From: Polyangiaceae bacterium
Lineage (GTDB): Bacteria > Myxococcota_A > Polyangia > Polyangiales > Polyangiaceae
NCBI GenBank assembly: GCA_044222475.1
Contig: JBGANF010000077.1
Span: 1 to 37,870 of the forward strand
DNA: 37,870 nucleotides
Reading direction: 5' to 3'
Positions within the stretch are counted from its first letter, which is position 1; each line of letters begins with the position of its first letter. The notes under the pieces were generated by a model, which ran no database searches, had not been told where the DNA came from, and was given only the letters and a program-made list of their open reading frames with translations. Positions 33,916-37,870 of this stretch are shown here, piece by piece. The translations under genes were made by a program, and so were the position numbers.

Positions 33916-35243
33916 CAGCGACCCGGATCGGTGATGAAGCCTACCTTCGCGCCGTCCGAGGAGGCCGTTCGAACACGCACGGCGGTGATGCGACGGCGGC
34001 TGGTCCCGATGACCTCGACGCTGACCCCCGCAGCGAGCTCGGTCTTGTCACCGACGCGGGGGATCCGCGCGAGCTTCCCGAGGACGACGACGCCGACCGT
34101 CTCTGCCGGTTCTTCGAGGTGAACGCCGATGCCCTTCGCGAGCTCCTCGATCGTCGCGCGCGCGTCGACGTCCCACGTTCGGTCTTCGACCTTCATGATC
34201 CGAGGCGTCTCTTCGTCGAGCTCGTCGCGGATTTCGCCGACGATCTCCTCGAGGAGATCCTCCATCGTGAGCATGCCGGCGGTTCCGCCGTACTCGTCGA
34301 CCACGACCGCGATGGGTACGTGCTTCTTCTGCATGTCGCGGAGGACGTCGATCAAACTCCGGTTCTCGGGGACGACGATGACCTCGCGGACGAGCTGAGA
34401 CAGATCGGTGCCGTCGCTCACGGTGCGATCGAGGAAGTCCTTCACGTAGAGGTAGCCGGCGATGTCGTCGAGCGACTTCTCCTTGGTCACGAGCACGCGC
34501 GAGTAGCGGTTCGCGCGGAGCTGATCCATCGCCTCGCGCGGCGGCATCGCGAGCGGCACGTACGCGATGTCGACCCGCGGCACCATCGCGTGACGCGCGG
34601 TCCGCTGCGCGAAGCGGAGCACCCGCTCGAGCAGAAGGCTCCGCTCTTTGCCGCCCGGCGCGAGCTGAGTGTTCGCGACGAGGATGCCGAGGATCTCCTC
34701 TTCGGAGAGTGCGCCCTCGCTCGCCGCGCCCGACTTGAGCCCCATCACCCGGAGCACGACGGCCGACGCGCGCTCCAGCACGAAGAGGAACGGACGGAAG
34801 GTAAGGTAGATGATTCGGATCGGCATCGCGGCGAACAGCGCCGTCTGCTCCGAGCGTTGGATCGCCACCAGCTTCGGGACGAGCTCACCGAAGAGCACGT
34901 GGAGGTACGTGAGGACGCCGAGCGCGAGCACGACCGAGCCGATCTCGGCCGCGCGGTGCATCGACGCCGGCAAGTAGTGCATCGCCGGGTCGTGGATGAG
35001 GTCGGTGATGGCCGGCTCACCGATCCAGCCGAGCCCGAGGCTCGCGAGCGTCACCCCGAGCTGGGTCACCGAGAGGTACCGATCGAGGCGCTGCGTGATG
35101 GCGGTCGCGACGATGGCCCGACGCTCGCCGCGCCGGACGCGCGACGTGAGCTGGGTCGCGCGGAGCTTCACCAGGGCGAACTCGGCGGCGACGAAGAAGC
35201 CGTTGAGCGCGATGAAGAGCGCTGCGAGGAGGATGCCGATCAC
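33915..35243 (-). CDS. CNNM/CBS (TlyC/CorC-like 'hemolysin family') membrane protein
   Basis: NGFFVAAEFA, QLGVTLASLGLGWIGEP, GELVPK, MVPR, YSR, VVDEYGGTAG..TMEDLLEEIVGEI; TGATG coupling to MMPL. Confidence 0.95.
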   Translation of the reverse strand: MIGILLAALFIALNGFFVAAEFALVKLRATQLTSRVRRGERRAIVATAITQRLDRYLSVTQLGVTLASLGLGWIGEPAITDLIHDPAMHYLPASMHRAAEIGSVVLALGVLTYLHVLFGELVPKLVAIQRSEQTALFAAMPIRIIYLTFRPFLFVLERASAVVLRVMGLKSGAASEGALSEEEILGILVANTQLAPGGKERSLLLERVLRFAQRTARHAMVPRVDIAYVPLAMPPREAMDQLRANRYSRVLVTKEKSLDDIAGYLYVKDFLDRTVSDGTDLSQLVREVIVVPENRSLIDVLRDMQKKHVPIAVVVDEYGGTAGMLTMEDLLEEIVGEIRDELDEETPRIMKVEDRTWDVDARATIEELAKGIGVHLEEPAETVGVVVLGKLARIPRVGDKTELAAGVSVEVIGTSRRRITAVRVRTASSDGAKVGFITDPGR

Positions 35244-35297
35244 GGAGGGAGGACATTCGTAGCATGCCCTCGGAAATCGCGAACACTCGCCAAAATC

Positions 35298-35666
35298 CTA
35301 GGTCGATTCGGCGATCTCGACGCGATTTCCACCCGGGTCGCGGACGTAGAAACGCCTCCACCCGGGCACCGGATCCGCATCAGGGATGATCACGATCCCG
35401 GCCGCGCGCAGCGTCGCTTCGGCGACCGCTACGTCCTTCACGAGGAGACACACATGGCGCTTGCTCGCTTGGTTCGCGGCTCGCTCGACCGCCTCGACTC
35501 CGATGTGGAGCTGGACGCCGCCGAGCTGAAACCACGATCCCGGGCGCGGGTTGGGCTTTGGGATCCGCGCGAGCCCCAGGGACTCGTAGAACCTCGTCGT
35601 CGCTTCCTCGTCTTCCGGCGCGACCGTGATCTGGACGTGATCGAACCGCGTGACGTCGAGCGCCAT
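35298..35666 (-). CDS. VOC/glyoxalase family protein
   Basis: FDHVQITV, FYESLGL, QLHIG, HVCLLV, RFYVRDPGGNRVEI. Confidence 0.92.
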   Translation of the reverse strand: MALDVTRFDHVQITVAPEDEEATTRFYESLGLARIPKPNPRPGSWFQLGGVQLHIGVEAVERAANQASKRHVCLLVKDVAVAEATLRAAGIVIIPDADPVPGWRRFYVRDPGGNRVEIAEST

Positions 35667-35696
35667 TTGCCCATCGTAGCCGGCTATTCTCGCGCC
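35667..35696. promoter_or_regulatory. Divergent promoter with back-to-back -10 boxes
   Basis: Minus TACGAT (35673-35678) 6 nt from ATG 35666; plus TATTCT (35685-35690) 6 nt from GTG 35697; central palindrome TAGCCGGCTA. Confidence 0.6.
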
Positions 35697-36545
35697 GTGC
35701 TTCCGTTCCGCGCTTCCGAATGCCTCGTCGGGCCCACCGGTCTCCTGCTCGTCGGCTCGCGCGAGGAGGGAACGCGCGTCGTGCGACGCACGCGCCGCGG
35801 GTTCTTCGAGCTAGCGCTCCCGTTCGAACCGACCCGGCATCGCCCGGTGGCGTGGCTCGAAGACGGCTCGTTTCTCCTCGTCGGTCGCAACGGCGAAGCT
35901 TGGACGATCGCGGCCGATGGCACGGTCAGCAAAGGGACCGTGCGCGGCGCGACCGTGCTCGCCGGCGTCGACTCTTCCTACGCCGTCGCCATCGGTCCGC
36001 GGATCTTCGAGCCGCGGGACGGCGAGTGGGTCGGCGTGACCCCGGCGCCGCAGATCGGCGATCGTACCAAATTGGTACTAGCGCTCGCGGGTGGCCCCAA
36101 ACCGGCCGTCTTCGTCGACGGATCGTTCTTCCAACGTGGCGACCGCGGTTGGGTCGAGCACTCCCTCGACGATCGCCGCGTCGTGGCCGCGACCGCTACC
36201 GCGCGCGGCACGGTCTACGCCGCGACGACCACCGGCGCGCTCTTGTGCATCACCGACGGCGAGACGGTCGCGCTCGCCCTCCCCCTCGGCGGAGCCCGCG
36301 TTCACGCGCTCGCCGTCGGAGCGTTCGGCTTGCTGGTCGGGGCGGCGACCGGGCTGTTCACCTGGCGCGCTGGAAAGACCCGCGCGATCCCGCTCCCCGG
36401 CGAAGGCCCCGTGACCGACGTCTCCGCCTACACCGACGTCGAGGTCGCCGTCCGCGACGGCGCCGCCTACGCGCGGAGGCTTCACGGGCGAGGAGTCGGG
36501 ACGTTCGGCCCCTGGCAGCGGATCACGATCCCCGGCGCGCCCTAG
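35697..36545 (+). CDS. Hypothetical protein, probable beta-propeller
   Basis: C-terminal 282 aa of the 808-aa track ORF; repeated short strands (FLLVGRNGEAW, VYAATTTGALL, LLVGAATGLFTW). Confidence 0.7.
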   Translation: MLPFRASECLVGPTGLLLVGSREEGTRVVRRTRRGFFELALPFEPTRHRPVAWLEDGSFLLVGRNGEAWTIAADGTVSKGTVRGATVLAGVDSSYAVAIGPRIFEPRDGEWVGVTPAPQIGDRTKLVLALAGGPKPAVFVDGSFFQRGDRGWVEHSLDDRRVVAATATARGTVYAATTTGALLCITDGETVALALPLGGARVHALAVGAFGLLVGAATGLFTWRAGKTRAIPLPGEGPVTDVSAYTDVEVAVRDGAAYARRLHGRGVGTFGPWQRITIPGAP

Positions 36546-36597
36546 TCAGCTCGGGCAGAGCCCTCCGTCGACAAGCCGTGTATCCTTGGCGTTCCGC

Positions 36598-37065
36598 ATG
36601 CACGCCCAACCCGTAGCCTGCAAGAACTGCGGCGCCTTGATGGTGCCTCAGGCCGACGGCCGCACCTACTACTGCAACTACTGCCGCACCCAGGTCCAAG
36701 TCGCGATCGACGGCCAGCAGATCGCCGCCGGCATGCGGCTCGATCTCGGCAACATCGACGCGTTTCTCGCCCAGCTCGCCCGCACGTTGCACACGGGCTA
36801 CCCGGAGAGCGCACGAATCCTGGGCAGCGCGACCATGATCCAGTCGATCGAGGTCACGCTCGACCCCGACGTGTTCATCGTCCACCGCGAAGCGGGCCGC
36901 GTCGTGTTCCGCTACAAGAAGCTGGTGCGCGGCATCGCGCTCCGCACCGAGACGTTCGCGCCCGATCAGTGGGTCGAGCGCCTGACCGACGCACTCGCTC
37001 GTCACGCCAACAACAACGCGCGCGCCGCCTGGGTCCTCGCCCAGATGGGCGGCAAGAAGAACTGA
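36598..37065 (+). CDS. Zinc-ribbon-containing hypothetical protein
   Basis: CKNCG-x12-CNYC at the N-terminus; coding-like codon usage. Confidence 0.75.
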   Translation: MHAQPVACKNCGALMVPQADGRTYYCNYCRTQVQVAIDGQQIAAGMRLDLGNIDAFLAQLARTLHTGYPESARILGSATMIQSIEVTLDPDVFIVHREAGRVVFRYKKLVRGIALRTETFAPDQWVERLTDALARHANNNARAAWVLAQMGGKKN

Positions 37066-37076
37066 CGGAGGATCGA

Positions 37077-37870
37077 TTGGCTCAGCAGCCGCCTCACGGA
37101 ATGGGAGCACCACAACCAGGCGCACCGCAGTTCGCCGCCGACCTGCCGCAGCACGCGCGCGAGCGCTTGACCGCGATGCGTCAGCATCACTTCTTCACCA
37201 GCGACCTGTCGGTGAACGAGTTCCTGCTCGTCAAAGAGGTCGGCTTCCACCCGCTCGGCCTCGTGATGGGGAGCAGCATCTTTCACATCGGCTGGCAGCC
37301 GATCCGCCAGGGCGTGAGCGAAGAGCTCACCGGCCTCACGCAAGCGCTCTACCACGCACGCGAGCTCGCGATGGTCCGCATGGAAGAAGAGGCGGACGCG
37401 CTCGGCGCCGACGGCATCGTCGCGGTGCGCCTCACCCTCGCGATCCACGCGTGGGGCACCAACGTGATCGAGTTCCTGGCGATCGGCACCGCGGTGAAGC
37501 ACGAGGCCGGCCAGAACTGGCGCGCGCCCAACGGCAAGCCGTTCACGAGCGACCTTTCGGGACAGGACTTCTGGACGCTGCTCCACGCCGGGTATCGCCC
37601 GCTCGGCATGGTGATGGGCAACTGCGTCTACTACGTCGCGCCGCAAGGACCGGCGTTCGCGTACGGCCAACGCCCCGGCTGGCAACAGCAACCGCCGATG
37701 CAGAACCAAGAGCTCACCGGGCCGACGCAGGCGCTCTACGACGCGCGCGAGCTCGCGATGGAGCGCATGCAGGTCGAGGCCGAAGCGCTGAAGGCGCAGG
37801 GCATCGTCGGCGTGACGGTCAGCGAGAGCAACCACACGTGGGGCGCGAGCGTCCTCGAGTTCTCCGCCAT
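37077..37870 (+). CDS. Tandem YbjQ/UPF0145 ('heavy-metal-binding') domain protein, runs off the window
   Basis: Not in ORF track (no stop). GGAGG then TTG 37077; two repeats FTSDLS..(E/D)F..L...G..PLG.VMG...ELTG.TQALY.ARELAM.RM..EA.AL.A.GIV.V. Confidence 0.88.
   Translation, partial: MAQQPPHGMGAPQPGAPQFAADLPQHARERLTAMRQHHFFTSDLSVNEFLLVKEVGFHPLGLVMGSSIFHIGWQPIRQGVSEELTGLTQALYHARELAMVRMEEEADALGADGIVAVRLTLAIHAWGTNVIEFLAIGTAVKHEAGQNWRAPNGKPFTSDLSGQDFWTLLHAGYRPLGMVMGNCVYYVAPQGPAFAYGQRPGWQQQPPMQNQELTGPTQALYDARELAMERMQVEAEALKAQGIVGVTVSESNHTWGASVLEFSA

Noticed and set aside
808..34122. Long antisense or alternate-frame ORFs (e.g. 14904..17129, 25436..27241, 31840..34122, 10068..11327)
   Set aside because: Arg/Ala/Pro-rich shadows of well-supported genes, expected in high-GC DNA; no recognisable motifs
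31528..35243. MMPL transporter as marker of a lipid or secondary-metabolite cluster
   Set aside because: No biosynthetic genes nearby; neighbours are CNNM, GST and VOC genes
34119..36545. 808-aa plus-strand ORF
   Set aside because: Upstream part is antisense to the CNNM and VOC genes; the real gene likely starts at 35697

Overview
High-GC (roughly 70% by eye) bacterial chromosomal segment with about 35 genes. Five Hanks-type Ser/Thr kinases, Cys-rich repeat lipoproteins and an AgmX/PglI-like C-terminal domain suggest Myxococcota, probably Polyangiaceae-like (inference). Other genes encode an FMO/BVMO fragment, Usp, YceI-LysR-pirin, amidase, STAND-like ATPase-TPR, DJ-1/PfpI, YncE-phosphoesterase, MutH, MarR, RluA, an RPH/PigC-like phosphotransferase, Sel1, rhodanese, transaldolase, GST, MMPL, CNNM/CBS, VOC and a tandem-YbjQ protein missing from the ORF track. 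No rRNA, tRNA, CRISPR array or transposase was seen. Main observations: (1) a membrane kinase and the adjacent lipoprotein end in the same 34-aa two-Cys motif under apparent purifying selection; (2) a ~0.8-kb MarR cassette appears inserted into an 18-bp palindrome between the mutH and rluA stop codons, with a sigma54-type promoter and a local GC-skew flip; (3) a receptor-kinase array carries a 10-Cys, apparently self-nested ectodomain; (4) repeated TANNNT-N6-start promoters suggest leaderless expression, and a LysR operator occurs three times. All calls come from motif recognition and hand counts; no searches were run.
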